A stretch of 64,000 bases of DNA from Lama glama (lineage: Eukaryota). Position 1 is the stretch's first letter. Each line of letters starts with the position of its first letter. The notes beneath the pieces were generated by a model. It did no database searches. It worked only from the letters and a program-made list of their open reading frames with translations, and was not told the DNA's origin. Location: positions 18,354,001-18,418,000 of the forward strand of contig CM052817.1 in the NCBI GenBank assembly GCA_028534125.1, given 5' to 3'. A program made the position numbers and the translations under genes. Positions 35,305 through 49,407 of the stretch are shown here, piece by piece.

Positions 35305-36619
35305 CCCTGTGCCCTCTCCAAGGTGTCAGTTGCTTATTTCACTGGTGTAAATGCAAAACTGACAGACCTGGGTGGGAGTCACACATTGCAGTTACTGACA
35401 GTATGGATAGAACCAGGACAGATGGATCCCAGGTGTTCTGTTTGAATTCTCTGGCATGGAGCAGATGCTCAACAAACATTTGTTGAGTCAGTGAATAGGT
35501 GGATGCAAGCCCCTTGAAGCAGGAGCATCACTAGTCCATTTCCCTCATTGCTACTCTAATTCCCATCAAGAGGGTATCAACGACTTCCTGCTTTTTAACC
35601 TGCCCAGCTTCTGATCTTGAGTTACTGGGTTTTGATCTTGAGCTACTAAACCGTATGCCACCTGCGGGGCTGCTGTTCTGCAGATGGCCTTCCCCTCGGT
35701 GTTCTTTTCGCAATGTTGTTGAATCATCTTGCCGATATTTCAGGGAAGGGGGCAAAAAGAAGGGAAAGGAAAGCGATCATAATGAGAAGTGAAAGGAAGG
35801 CAGCTCCCTCACAGGGGTTGTCAGGGAAAGAACTGTTGAATAACTCAAATAACAGATTTCCTTATTTCTCAGCCATTTCCCATCCCAGCTTTGGAAACGT
35901 CTGTGGAATAGTTCTAGACTAGGAACGATCCAAGACCTAACGTCACTGCCGTCTGGGGACGGATCAGTTGAAGGGACAGGTCCCTTCAGGTGACTTGGGG
36001 AAATCACAGTGGTTTGAGGTCACTACCAGAATTTTCTGCGTTGGCAGGCCCTGGTTGCTTCTTCCTCACCCCGGGAAAATGTGAATGGAGCTTGCACCCC
36101 TTAGGTCTCTCGGAGCAAAAGCTACTGATCTCTCTTGGGTAGATCAGCAATTTTTGTGGCTGCTTCAGCATTTCCACTGTCTGTTCTTTGTTCTTTACCA
36201 TCATGTGTGAGCATGGCTAGAGGTCGGAACTGGTGGTGAAACTCACATAGGTTATGAGTCCAGGTTAAAGTAAGTTGGCTCCTTTTAAGGAATTTCTGCA
36301 AAAGTTTAGAGGTCATAAATGGTGCAAGTTATATTTTTGGAAAATCTGTGAAATCCGTTTATCCATATTATCCCCAGCCTTGTTATCACAGGTCACTGAG
36401 GGCTGGCTAGACTTGTTTCTTATCTGCCCCAGGAGGACTCGGGGAGGATTTCTTATCTCTTCCCACTAAATCCTTGACCATATATGTATCAATTTGCCAA
36501 GCAGCCTCACGTACGCTTGGAGACATCCCTGAGAGATGGTCCTGTCATAAGTGTGTTCCAGAAGTTCTTACTCTTACAAATACCACCTCACATTTGATAA
36601 GCTTTTACCTTTTTTTCAG

Positions 36620-36800
36620 GGTAATTCCACAGATACTATATTTTTATCCACAAAACTCTTCAAGGGAAGGAAAAGTGGTATTAATAGCCCCATCTTCGAC
36701 AGATAAGAAAACTGAGCAACAGAGAAATGAAGTGATTTTTCAGAACTTATTCATGTCAGAGCTGGTCCTAGAATCCAGGTCTTGCATCACCTAGCCCCAT
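36620..36800 (-). mobile_element. MIR SINE
   Basis: CCCCATCTTCGACAGATAAGAAAACTGAG...CTAGAATCCAGGTCT. Confidence 0.7.
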
Positions 36801-37239
36801 TTACCAAGTCTTATCTGAGGACCAGGAATTTAAAGTCACCTTTCCCCTGGTGCCTGCAAGCTCCTCTCACATTACTAATTGAATGGCAACCATTTGATAA
36901 GACAGATCTGAAGAAAATTCTTACGGGAAACAGTCCATCAAACTTAAACAAATGCCAGCTTGTTTTAAAATCTGAAAAATGAAGGACGACTCAAGCTGAA
37001 GGGGAGTTTGTGTTTGTTAAGCAGTTTTTAGATGCTGGTCATTGTGACAAGTGCCTCCTGTCCTTTACCTGCAATAATGCTTGTGACGTGTTTGTGCTAC
37101 TGTCTGCTGCATTTTAAGATAGATACAGGCACAGAGGGGTTGCTTGGGACAGTGTAAATGACAAGGCTCTGTAAGTCACTTAGTTTGAGTACAAGTCCAT
37201 CCTTATACAAATACATACATACTCAACCTGTTACGACAA

Positions 37240-38150
37240 TTCAATTTAAATAAAATTCAATCGATATTAGCTGAGATTCACTCATTGTGCTGAACAATGA
37301 ATGAAATCTAACCCCCCGCTCAAGGAGCTTGTGGTCCAATGAGTGAAACAGAACACTTATTAAAATATGGACAAAAAGACAATGGGCTGTCATACCTGTG
37401 GTAGCAACAGTCCACAAGAAGGTAGACTTCACAAGGGCAGGAACCATGATTATATTATTTACGGCCATGTCCTCAGAACTAAGTTGTTTCTTCGATTTGG
37501 TGAATGAAAAAAAATGAACAAATGACCAAATCACTCTTCCAGGGAGGCATGTTAGAAAGAACTGTTCTGAAAAGGGTGGGGGCAAGTTTCAGAGGAAATG
37601 ATGGTTGAATTTCATATTAAGGATGAGGGATATATCAATGTATAAAGTTGGGAGTTCCCGGCAGAGAAAAGAGCTGACAAGAGGAGTGTTTGTGGGAGCA
37701 GGGAGCATTTGGGGATTCAGAAGCTGACAAAATCAGGCCTTGGAGTGAGCTCCAGAGGGCTGGAAGGGATGGGGGGAGAGGTAGGAAGCACCAAGCTAAG
37801 GCTTTAGATTATCTTGTGCTACAGGGAGCCGTCATGTATTTCTAAGTAATAGCGCAGGCTCCAATTTGTGCTTTGGTAAAACCATCTCTTGCGTCTCTGT
37901 GGAGGAGAGTTTGGAGGTGGGGAAGGCCTGGGGTCAAGCCAACCACTTACCTACTTAAGAGGTAACGAGATCCTTAACTGCCTTTTCAGCAGGAATTGGG
38001 GTGGGAGGCATGGGAGTAGATTGCAAAATCATTAGAGGTTGAATGGGGAGAGTCTGTTGACTCACTCGATGTGGGAGGGGAGGAGAGGGCGGAAGGTAAA
38101 GATGACTCAGGTTTCTAGGCAGGCGCTTGGGTGAATATATCCAAATTGCA
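37240..38150 (-). mobile_element. Degraded L2 fragments
   Basis: CTCAAGGAGCTTGTGGTC; CAGGGAGCC...TTTCTAAG; AAAGATGACTCAGGTTTCTAGGC. Confidence 0.6.
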
Positions 38151-39000
38151 CATTTACGTAGTCTGTGGGTTTCTGAAAAACCCATTGATTTCAAACTCTG
38201 CTAACTGGATGGAAAACTCTTAAATTAGAAGTGCAATTTCAATCCCAAATTCATGAGTGCTCTCTCTAGCAGCTTTGCTGTCTTTGGTTTCTATCAGCAT
38301 ATATTAAAAAAGGGTCAAGATGATGCCTCTTTTCATTTTCTGAAGAAACCAGGGATGGTAGTACTTTTTGTTTTGACATTTGCACAGTTCAGGCATGCCT
38401 CATAACCAGCTTTTCAGGCTTCACTAACTAACGCAGTGACCAGAAGCTCCAAAATGGGATTTAGAAATTTCCAAATGATACCCAATTAAAAAGTGTTCTA
38501 GGCAAAGAAGCAGCAAACCTTGCTTTGAAATGTACTCACAGTTCCGTTTCCCTAAGATAAGGAGGGAGCCGGCTGATGTTAACACTAAAAGCATTTGACT
38601 GCAGATGTAATCACGGACAAGCAAACTATGAACCAGAATTAGGATTATTGGCAATTACCTCATATGACTCAGGGCATGATAGGTTCCTGGGTGTCTCAAC
38701 CATTTTGCTTGAGGCACACATAGAGTGCCAAACTTAGAAAATACAGTGCAGAATAGACTGAGGAAGAAATTGCCTATGGGAGTGACTTGAAAATATAAAA
38801 TTAGTTGACCACTGTGGTTTTTGTCATTAAGATTGTAGTGAGTAAGTGAGAAGTTCAGAATCATCAGACTTTAAGTTAGGATGAACTTTAGAGTAATTTA
38901 GTTTCATCATTTTACTGAGGAAACTGAGGCTCAGAGAAGGTAAGAGGCTTGTGCCTGGTTATGTAACTTGGCAGTAATAAAACCAGAAGGAAGGACTAAG

Positions 39001-39822
39001 CGTTGCCGAAACATGGCCTCCACACCCCACTTACCGAAATGAGACTTGAGGACAGTTTTGGATGAAGTATTAAAGGCAACTTTATTTCTTTGCCAGACAA
39101 AGGAGGTCACAGTTCATTAATGCCTCCACAACTGTGAGCCTGCTGGGGTGAGAAGGTGGGGGTTTTATGGTAAAAAATCAAGAGTTCAAGGAGCAGAGCT
39201 ATTTTCCATAGAGACTGCATACAGGGTAACAAATTATTTGCAAAGTTGTTCCTATTTTTGCAGATGCAATTGTGCCCTTCCTTTTGCTGTGTGTGAAGAT
39301 CACCTCTGGCTTTGAGACTCTTCTGATATTCTTGTGCCTGGAACCAAAAGTGCTTAGGAAGGGAGTGTGTGGGAAAATGCTCTAGAGAAAAACTTGTGTA
39401 GTTTAAAGTCAGGCTGCTAAAGGCTTCTAGCATTTTAGGCAGGCTGAAACCTGAGAACTTGTTGCAGGCTGAGACCTGCACCTTGAACAACAGAATACAA
39501 AGAAACCATAAAGGGCTAAAAACAACTGCAGTTGGGATGATTTATGAACGACAAGATTAACAAAACACCCAACTGCTTTTTCTGAGGTGTTGGGGTCAAG
39601 AGGAGGGCACTGGGGGCAAAAAAGGGCACTGAGCATGGTCCTGGCACACAGCACCACAAGGGGGTTGAGTGGACCACCCAAGTCACCCTCCTCTCCAGCC
39701 CAACCCTGGTCAACAAGAGCATGAGAAAAAACTTTTAAACTATTATACAGTTAACCAGTTACACAAACACCCTTATAAACACCAGATGGTTACTGATGAA
39801 AATAGGGTCTTGCTCAGTTACA
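39001..39822 (-). mobile_element. ERV1 solo LTR, about 820 bp
   Basis: (C)GTTGCCGAAAC start, antisense polyA signal TTTATT near 39081, end GGGTCTTGCTCAGTTACA; the same terminal style as the 33.3 kb LTR. Confidence 0.8.
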
Positions 39823-39944
39823 AAGGCATTCCAGATTGATGGTACAAACTTCAACCAAAATGGTGTATCCAATTTTATAAAGTGTATTTTAATGCATATG
39901 TGTTCATGACTATTGCTGGCATGGTTTTGTTGCTTGTCTGTTCA

Positions 39945-40600
39945 TTTTTGTTTTTTAATTGTGGTAAAGAACACCCAGCATGAGATCTACTCTCTTATCA
40001 AAATCTTTAAATATATAGAATTGTTAAATATATGAAGATTATTGTATAGCAGATCTCTAGAACTTTTTCATTTTGCATGACTAAAACTCTATACCCATTG
40101 AACACCAGCTTCCCAGTCCCCACCTCCCTCTAGCCCCTTGTGACCACCATTCTACTTTCTGCTTCTATGAATTTGACTACTTTAGATGCTTCATATAAGT
40201 AGAATCATGTAGAATTTGTCCTTCTATGGCTGACTTATTGCACTTAGCATGATGTCCTCAAGCTGCATCCATGTTGTAACTTGTGTCAGAATTTCGTTCC
40301 TTTTTCAGACTGAATAATATTCTATTGTATGTATACACACTCTATCCATTCAACTGTCAATGGACATTTAGGTTGTTTCTAATTCTTGGCTATTGTAATT
40401 AATGCTGTACTGAACACAAGAGTGTGAACGCTTCTTCTAGATCCTGCTTTCGATTCTTTTAGATAAATACCAAGAAGTGGATTGCTGGATCATTTATTTT
40501 TAATTTTTTGAGAAACATCCATTCCATTTTCCATAGCTACTGCACCATTTTAGTATTCTCACTAACAGTGCATAAGGGTTCCAATTTCTTCACATACTTG

Positions 40601-40636
<36 letters not shown>

Positions 40637-42390
40637 ATAAAATGGCCATTTTAGCAGATGTGAGGTGATATCTCATTGTGGTTTTGATTTGTATTTCCCT
40701 GGTGATTAGTGATGTTGAGCAGCTTTACATGTTTACATGTAACAGTTGGCCATTTTTACATCTTCTTTAAAGAAATGTCTATTCAAGCCCTTTGCCCATT
40801 TTTAATTGGCTTATTTGATTTTTTTTCTTTCTTTGTTTTTTTTTTTTGCTATTGATCGTAAGTGTTCCTTATAAATTTTGGAGATGAACCCCTTATCAGA
40901 TATATTGTTTGAAAATGTTTTCACCTGTTCCACAGGTTGCCTTTTTACTCTGTTGATTGTTTCCTTGGCTGCATAGAGGTTTTTAGTTTGATGTAGTCCC
41001 AATTATCCATATTTGTTTTTTTCTGCCTATGCTTTTGGTATTATGTCCAAGAAATCATTGCCAAGGCCAATGTTATGAAGCTTTCTTCTGTGTTTTCTTC
41101 TAAGGATTTTGTAGTTATAGGTCTTATGTTTCAATGTTTAATCATTTTGAGTTGATTTTTGTATATGGTGTAAGATGAAGGACCAATTTCTTTCTTTCTT
41201 TCTTTTTTTTTTTTTTCGCATGTGGATATCCAGTTTTGTCAACATCAGTTGTTGAAGAGACTGTCATTTCCCATTGTATATTCTTGGCACCCTTGTCAAA
41301 GGTCAGTTGACTGTATATGTGTGGGTTTATTTCTGGACCCTATTCTATTTCATTGGTCTATACATTTGTCTTTATGCCAGTACCATACTTTTTTTGATTA
41401 CTATAGCTTTTTGTCTTTGTATTTAGTTACTTTGATAAATTTATTAGTTCTAAAGTTTTTGTGTGTGTGTGTAATCTTTAGATTTCTGCATTTGAGATCA
41501 TGTTGTCTGTGAATATGGACAATTTTACTTTTTCTTTTCTGTTTAGGATGACTTTTATTTCCTTTTCTTGCCTTATTTCTCTATGATTTCCAGAACTATT
41601 CTGAATACAAGTTATGAGAGTGGACGTCAATGCCTGTTCTTGATCTTAGATGAAAAGCTTTAAATCTTTCACCATCGAGTATTGATATTAGCTGTGGGAT
41701 TCTCATATATGGCCTTTATTATGTTGAGATACATTTCTTTTTACCCAATTTGTTGAGGGTTTTTTTTTATATATATATAATCATGAAAGTATGTTGGATT
41801 TTCTCAAATGCTTTTTTTTTTGCATTTATCGAGATGATAATGTGATTTTTTTATCCTTCAGTCTGTTAATGTGGTGTATCACATTGATTTTCATATGAAA
41901 CATCTGTGCATCTCAGGGATAAATCCCCCTTGGTCATGATGTGTAAACCTTTTAATGTATTGTTGAATTTAGCTTGCTAGATTTTTACTGAAAACTTTTT
42001 CACCTAAATTCAGAGTTAGGTTTTAAAAAAATCCATAGTTAACACTGTATTTCTCTTGATAAGAGAGTTCAATCCATTTGCATTTAAAGCAGTTACTGAT
42101 AGGGAAGGACTTACTGTTGCCACTTTGTTATTTATTTTCTGGCTTCTTGTAACTCTCTTGTCACTCTTTTCCTCTTTTGCCATTTATTTTGTGTTTTGTT
42201 GATTTTTTTTTTATAGTGACATGCTTCTCTGATTCCTTTCTTATTTTCTTTCCTGTCTTCTGTAGGTGTTTTATTTGTGGTTACCATGGGGTTTACATAA
42301 GACTTCTTATGGTTATAACAATCTATTTTAGCTGATAATGAATTCAATGGCTTACAAAAGCTTTACTCATCTACTCCCTCTCCCACCACT
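39945..42390 (-). mobile_element. Ancestral L1 (L1MA-like), 3'UTR and ORF2 with internal deletions
   Basis: AGCAGATCTCTAGAACTT, GAGGTGATATCTCATTGTGGTTTTGATTT; minus-strand ORF AKETINRVKRQPVEQVKTFSNNISDKGFISKIYKE. Confidence 0.92.
40602..40632. repeat. (TG)15 microsatellite inside the L1
   Basis: Perfect TG run. Confidence 0.95.
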
Positions 42391-42419
42391 CTAGAAAGAT
42401 TATCTGCTGAATGACTTTT

Positions 42420-43155
42420 GCTCAAAACCTCACCATTACCACTCTTATCTGATCCATTATCTTTCTCCTGGGATATTGCGGTAGCCTCTTAGGGTCTCCC
42501 TGCTCTCTTCTATGCTCTCCTCTCCCCATTGGCCTCCTCACCTTGCCCAGTTGTTCTCTACACAGTTGCCAGAGGGGTCCATCTAATGCTGAACCGGTTA
42601 TGTCATTCATTTGCTTATAACCTACCAGTGAATTTCTATCTCAAAGTAACAAAAAGCCAAAGTCTTTTCAGTGTTTCTAAATCTGTGTAATCAGCCCCCT
42701 CCTCACCTCTGCCGTCACTCAGTTCCAGCTATACTGGTTGTTTTGCTGTTCCGTGACCACAGCAAATGTGCTCCCTCCTCAGAGCCTTTGTACTTGCTGT
42801 TTCCTCTCCCCAGGAATGTTCTTTTCTGACCCATATGGCTGACTTTCTCACTTCCTTCTGGTCTTTGCTCAAATATTAGCTTTTCTGGCTACTCTGTATA
42901 AAACAGCAATTTTCTATCCCTCCTACACAGCTTTAGTTTTCTCTATAGCAATTATCATTGGTTAGTTTAACACATATTATTGTTCTCCAGTCTAACACAT
43001 TACTGTTATGTTATTGTTACATTATTTGGTTATCTCCCACAGCTAGAATTTAAACTCCACGAGGGCTAGAATTTTGTTGATGACATCCATTACTGTATCT
43101 CCAGTGTACAGAACAGTGCCTTGCTGCCAATAAGCATGCAATCACTCAATAAATA
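42420..43155 (+). mobile_element. L2 LINE 3' part
   Basis: CTCAGAGCCTTTGTACTTGCTGTTTCCTCT; AAACTCCACGAGGGC...CCAGTGTACAGAACAGTGCCT...CTCAATAAATA. Confidence 0.88.
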
Positions 43156-43324
43156 AAAGAATAAAAGTATTAACCTAAGGATGCAGTTGGATATAAACTG
43201 AGGTGCACTCAGGGGAAAGTAGCCAGATGAGAGAATTCCAAACCATAAGATATTACTGTCGATTCTAATTGTAGTTGATTTTCCCCGCACAGCTTATATG
43301 TGGATACTGAGTCTGCAGAAGACA

Positions 43325-43636
43325 AAGCATAGTGAGTGGCTTCAGATATTTGAAGGACTAGTTTGTGGAATTAGAGGTGAAGTTATTCATGGACTTCAAA
43401 GACTAGAACCCCAACTCACAGGGAAGGAGCTACACAGAGATGTGCTTATTAAGCAAAAGGAAGAAGGTATTCTTTAATCATTCACACTTTCATAAAATGA
43501 ATGGACCACCTTGCTTAGGTAGCTTCCCATCATCAGAGGTGCTCAAGCAAAGATTGGATGAGTAGTTAGTGGAAGGTGGAGGTAAGATCCAAAAGACTTA
43601 TGAGGTCACTTTCCACCTTGAAATTCTAGAATTCTA
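43325..43636 (+). mobile_element. L3/CR1 LINE 3' end
   Basis: CTTCAGATATTTGAAGG...AAGGAAGAA...GCTTCCCATCATCAGAGGTGCTCAAGCA...GAGGTCACTTTCCACCTTGAAATTCTA. Confidence 0.75.
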
Positions 43637-43978
43637 CAAACATGAGAGGGACCCAGGAATGTCTCTAACAAAGTATCTTACAACAGTGTGATGGCCATTT
43701 ATTGCCTATTATCTATTATAGTATTTATTTCATAGTTGAAAGGTATTTATTACATGGAAGAATCTAAAAATTAGCAAATACATAATGTTAGATATTTTAA
43801 GTTTCCACGTTAAAAAAATTAGACTTGAGTTGGCTCCTTCTTTGGATGGACATGTTAACAGCATTGGACTGGTGGACCCTCAAGGACAGCTCCTTGAGGC
43901 TAAGCCACAATCTATTGTGATGGAATAAGGAGGAAAGGAAGATATTTGGGGCCATGAGTTTTTCCTATGTCTTCTAGG

Positions 43979-44120
43979 TCAGAACTTCTCATATTCTGTG
44001 TGCATACAATCACTGGGATTTTTGTTACAAGATTCTGCTATAGTAGGTCAGTATGGGGTCTGAATTTCTGTATTTCTAACAAGCTCTTGAGGGGAGCTGA
44101 CCACTTTATGAATAGCAAGG
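43979..44120. mobile_element. MER5-type hAT-Charlie MITE
   Basis: GTGCATACAATCACTGGG...AGTAGGTC...TTCTGTATTTCTAACAAGCTC...GACCACTTT. Confidence 0.75.
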
Positions 44121-45084
44121 TCCTAGTTCATATTCCTCAGGGGGCTGTCTATGAAATTGCTTCTCTTTGGAGTCAAAGGCAGCAAATCTCATCTCATTCC
44201 TAAAAACATTCGAAATCATTGTGATGTTTACTTTGTATCAAGAAAAACAATGACAAGTGCTTACTAATGAAAATAAGCTGTTGAAGGGAACTGCCAATTA
44301 GATAAAAACAATTCGGTTTCCATCTCACTACCAAGGACAAAATTAATCATGCATGGTATTTCCAGTAAAGAAAAAGTGCCTTAAGTAAATTATTAAGTAT
44401 TTATATTTTGTAGTGATGCATGCCTAATGAAATCCATGGTGAAAGCAGATAATTATAGTATTTTGTTGGCATCACCCAGAATTCTAAAACTGCTGCCCTA
44501 CTGTGGGACTTGGTGGATGAAAAATCCTGACTCTTCTGTAGAAGGGACAGACTTTCAGTACATTTTTTTGTGACCTGCCAAAGGGTGGCCTGGCTACTTG
44601 TGATTACTTAGTCAACTTTTTGTTAAAAATACATGCTCTCATAAAGTCCTGTGGTTACTCTACTGTAGCAGTTGATCACAGTGTGTAGCAATTGCCTCTT
44701 TATTTGTGTATTTCTCCTACTCTGTCATGGGAATGACAGGGATGCTATCCTGGCCACTGTACAGGCTAATGTTAGGGAACAAAGTAAATATCTTTCAGGC
44801 TGAAAGGATGAAACCTCATTTGGGAAGAAGAAACTCCAGCTGATAGCCCTGATCATGCCACCAGCTGTCCTACAGAACTTGTCAAAAGCTTCCTTCACTG
44901 ATGGTTCTACTAGCCGCTGCTCTGGGGTTGCCCCTAACATAAAAGCCCCAGGTCTTTGTCTTCCCATCTCATGTGAGCAACAAAAGAGGAGAACAGAAAT
45001 TAAAATACTCTGAAGAACTGAAAGATGAATTTGAGAAAGAAAAATAATGACTAACCTTGGGGTGTATGCATGTGTCTGTATGCA

Positions 45085-46010
45085 TTTTTAGACATTAATA
45101 AAATACTAAAAAAAGGCTCAGTAATTGAAACATGATGTAACTGATACAAACCAAGTACCAGATCTAAATATATAGAGAATAGACAGTTTATTTTGTAGAC
45201 ATCTTAGAAAAAAAGTGGCCATTTGGTAAAATAACTAAGTTAAATCTGTCTTTCACATTATACACTAAAAACAAACAAAAAATCAAAGCAAATCAAAATC
45301 AAAACTCGGTTGACTTACCTAAGGAAATTTTAACAAATAAAATAATAAAAGATCTGGAAGAAAATATAGCTAAATATATTTTTGATGGTGGGATAAGAAA
45401 GGCATTTAGGACTTAAAGAAATTTGAAACTGATTTTCACATTTGAGACAATGCTGGTGAATTTCTAGTGTTGATGAGCATGTAAGAAATAGACACTCTCA
45501 CATATCACTGGATGGATTGTGAAATGTACAATGTACATTGCTAAAGTGCAGTTTGGCAAAATAGGTGAAAAAGTTTTAAATTTTGCATAGTGTTTGGTGC
45601 AACAGTTTAATTTCTAGAAACTGGTCTTGAGAAAACTATTATAGATGCAGGAAAATATTGATTTTGAGAAAATGATAAGAAGCAATTAAGTATTCAACAA
45701 TAAGAGACTGATTGCACAAATCTTTATGCAGCCATGTGATGAAACACTATTCGGCCATTAAAATGATGGAGAAGAATGTTTAATGATAAGGAGAAATGTT
45801 GACAATACATTGTTAAGTGAAGTAGAAGTTCAGAAAGATAAACAGAACATGTGGTTCCCACTTTAAAGACAGGAGGGCATATGCCCCAAACTAATAGTGA
45901 TAATCTCTGAGTTTGGGGATTATGAATGATTTTAAATTTCTATTTATGCTCTTTGTATCTTCATATTTTCTTCAATAAACCTATTTTACTTTTGGAATCA
46001 GAAAGAAGTG
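45085..46010 (+). mobile_element. Old L1 (L1ME-like) ORF2 3' end and 3'UTR
   Basis: GACACTCTCACATATCACTGGATGG; CACTATTCGGCCATTAAAATGATG; GGGATTATGAATGATTTTAAATTTC. Confidence 0.75.
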
Positions 46011-46249
46011 TTAATAAGAGAACAAAACCCTCTCACAGATGAAAGTAGCATTGTTGTAATTATTAAAAATGAACAGATGCTAATATTAACAGTTGTACAA
46101 ATTAAGGTCAGGCTTAGAGTACTGTTGTAAACTATTCTTTTTCTCTGTTAAATTAGGTTAAAAAATTTTATTACAGAAGTATTGAAAGAAACATGTTGAA
46201 CAATGCTTGAGTAGTCCAGAAAAAGAATGGCTCTTGTTTATTAGTGGGG

Positions 46250-46590
46250 ATACATCAAGATTGTTCTGGTAACAAACATCAGTAAGAACTCAGTGTCTTA
46301 AAGTATAAAGGCTTATTTCTCATTCAGGATACATGTCCATTGTAGATTTTTGGATGGGAAAGAAAGTGGGAGATCTGCTCATCTTGGTCTCCTGAGAAAT
46401 CACTGTCTTGAATATTGTCGGAAACTGTGGCACACTTAAACAGCAGAATCTCACACTGGCTCAGAAGACACCTATGCTTTTGCTTACAACTCATTGGCCA
46501 GAAATAGTCACGTGACCTGCCAATCACAAGTGGCCAGGAAGACAAAGTCAGAAATATTTGGCAAACAGCACAGCATTCATGACTACTACC
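46250..46590 (-). mobile_element. MaLR solo LTR (MLT1J-like)
   Basis: GTAACAAAC...CTCAGTGTCTTAA...TTATTTCTC...CTCATTGGCCAGAAATAGTCACGTGACC. Confidence 0.75.
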
Positions 46591-46972
46591 CCCTCGTCTT
46601 TCCTTATCCAGTGGGTCTAGAACTAAAATCTGAAGGCTAGCAGGGTCATGATCTGGCAATTACCACGCTCTAGGCTGAAAGGATTAACATGAGCAAAACA
46701 ACAGAGTGAGACAGAGAAAATATTGAGCACATTTCTAGGGATGCTTCAAAAATGTCCTGCGTTTCTCTTTCCTCACTATGATTAACATGGAATTCTATAG
46801 GTTGCTCATCTCTGAAGTAAGGGGTTTTGACTTTGGGGCCTTTACAGACCTTCGCAGCTTAAAAATCCTGCATTCCATATATCCTGGAAAGAGTACTAAT
46901 AAGAGCTCACTTGGGTTTTGTGCCTTTTATGGGCTTCATACTTTTCCAAGTTATTTCCTTGGATTATCCATG

Positions 46973-47400
46973 TGTTACGGGCCGAATTGTGTCCCCCTCA
47001 ACCCAAATTCATATGTTAAACCCCTAACCCCCAGTACCTCAGCATATGACTATATTTTGAGAGAAGGCTTTTAAAAAGGTGATTAGTCAAAATGAGAATG
47101 TTAGGGTGAACTCTAATCCTATATGACTAGTGTCACCATAGAGTTTAGGATAGCGAGAAAAAGAGAGAGAGGGGAGAGGTGCCAGACATACGTCCACATA
47201 CAGAAATGGCCATGTGAGGACACACGGAGAAGGTGACCATCTGAAAGCCAAGGGTAGAGGCCTCCGGAAGAACCCAAATCTGTTGGTACCTTAATCTTGG
47301 ACCTCTAGCCTCCAAAACTATGGGAAAATATGTTTATGTTGTTTAATAAGCCACCCAGTCTGTGATATATTGTGAATGACAGCCCTCATAAATGAATGCA
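46973..47400 (+). mobile_element. MaLR solo LTR (MLT1B-like)
   Basis: TGTTACGGGCCGAATTGTGTCCCC...AAGCCACCCAGTCTGTG...GACAGCCCTCATAAATGAATGCA; 5-bp TSD CCATG / TCATG. Confidence 0.9.
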
Positions 47401-47669
47401 TCATGTAATATATATGAAAATCTTGTGAGTTTGATACCATTCTCTTATCCACATTTATAAGTGAGGCTGCTGATTTCAGAGAGGTGAACTGACTTGCCAA
47501 ATTGATGTACTTAGCTTGTGGTCCCAACTACTGCACTTTAATTGAAACAATGAAAGTAGAAATGAACTAAGAAAACAAGACTTTCACCTAATAATAGATA
47601 ACATTTGTTGGGCATCTGGCAGGAATAATTGTGTACACTTTCTATGTATGCATTTACTTGTTATAACAA

Positions 47670-48225
47670 TAGCTGTTAGCTATTGCTGCATAACAAATTA
47701 TCATGAAACATAGTTGCTTACAACAACAAAACATTTATTATCTCAGAGTTTTTGGGGTCTAGGAATCCAGTCACATCCTGGCTGGGTACTTTTGATTCAG
47801 GGTCTCTCACGAAGCTGCATTCAAGGTGTCAGTAAGGACTGTGGTCATCGCAGGACTTGGCTGAATCCAAGTTCACTGATATGGTTGCCGGGAGGAATTT
47901 GTTCCTTGTAGATTATTACTGTACTGAGGGTCTCAGGTCCTTGTCGGGTGTTGACCAGAGCCCTCCCTTGGTTCCTTGCCAAGTGCAGCTCTTCATGTGG
48001 CATCTCCCCACATGGCAGGTGGCTTCCATCAGAACAAGCAAGAGAACAGAGAGGCAAGGAAGACAGAAGTCTTAGTCTTTGTAACCCAGTTTCAGAAGTG
48101 ACAGCCATCACTTTGCCATGTTTTATTTATTAGACAGGAGTCACTAAGTATGGTCCATCCTTAACAGGAAGGGATTACAGAAGGGCGTGAGCACAAGAAG
48201 GTGAGGGCAGTGGCTGCTTATCGTG
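47670..48225 (-). mobile_element. MaLR solo LTR (MLT1E/F-like) within a MIR
   Basis: CTATTGCTGCATAACAAATTA...ACATTTATTATCTCAGAGTTT...AGAAGTGACAGCCATCACTTTGCCAT. Confidence 0.82.
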
Positions 48226-48501
48226 GATGCACAAACCAGCGGTAGAAAATTGGTAAACAATTTGCCCAAAGCCACACGGCAGCGTCAGGATCAGAACACA
48301 ACTAGTCAACTCCAGGGCCTGTGCCTTTAAGATTTATGTGACCATGCTCGCTATGCATAGTGGATAACATGTTATCAGCAAATATGTCTTAGAACCTCGT
48401 TGGGTAGAGGTGATGGGCCAGTGGGCCAAATCCAGAGTCATACTGTACTATCCGAAGGTCAGTCACAGGTGCTTTGGGGACTGCGGGGTCTCTTATCTAT
48501 A

Positions 48502-48715
48502 CTGGGGTCAGCGAACCCCTTTTTGTAAGGAGCCATGTAGTATTTTAAGCCTTGTGGGCCACGTGGTTTCTGTTGTAACTGTTCACCTCTGCACGAAAGC
48601 AGCCATAGATAACAGTTCAGTGAAGGGGCGGGGCTGTGTTCCAATAGGATTTTATTTACAAACACAGGCAGCAGGCTGGAGTTAGCCTGTGTGCTATTGT
48701 GTGCTAACCCTCCTG
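48502..48715. mobile_element. MER58A-like hAT-Charlie MITE
   Basis: CTGGGGTCAGCGAAC...AAAGCAGCCATAGA...GGCTGTGTTCCAATA...TTTATTTACAAA...GCTAACCCTCCTG. Confidence 0.85.
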
Positions 48716-49392
48716 GCCTGAATCACTGTGGACACACGGATGTATCAAGGAATTCTTCATTTTGTAAAAGTTAGAATTACTTGCTTTGTTGGGATCTCAT
48801 CAGCCACTGCGCCAAAAATTGGAGCAGAAGCCATTTTAAAGCAACAGAAGCAGGAAAGGTTGAGATATTTTTCCACGGTCCTCATGCCCTGAAGATACCC
48901 CTTGAATGCCTTCAGGCACCATCACTCCTCCCTGTGCCTTGGACAACTTGTTTGCACTTGGCGGAAGGACTCCTTCCTTGCATTTTCCTCTGGGCTTTCA
49001 TCCTGTTCTTTTCTGGCTAGTCATTTCTTTTTCCTGCCTGAGTCTTTTCCCCTTCTTATCAACCTCCTTGCCCTAGGCCCAGTATTTTTCAGGTTGCTGG
49101 TAACTTTGTGTAATATACATTGTGTTCCTTTGGAAGAAGTCGATGGTCCTGGGACTTCCATAAACTTGTTGTTCCCCCATTCCTGAATAGAAGGCATGCC
49201 AACTCCAGGAAACACCCTGGGCAAGGAATCATCACAAAGCTTCCCTAAAATTAAGAGTGTGCCCTGGACCTTAGTGAGTTCTAATTTTGGAAGATGTTTT
49301 TATTGATAGAAAATTTAGGAAGCGAGGGTCGGGTGGAGTGCTTTGCCGCATGAGGGGAGCAGACCAAATAATGTGAGGTCTCCTAAAGCCAA

Positions 49393-49407
49393 CAGCCACC
49401 TGGTGAC
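49393..49407 (-). promoter_or_regulatory. Candidate CTCF site
   Basis: Reverse complement GTCACCAGGTGGCTG matches the core CCASYAGRKGGCRS at 12 of 14 positions; lies in unique sequence. Confidence 0.4.
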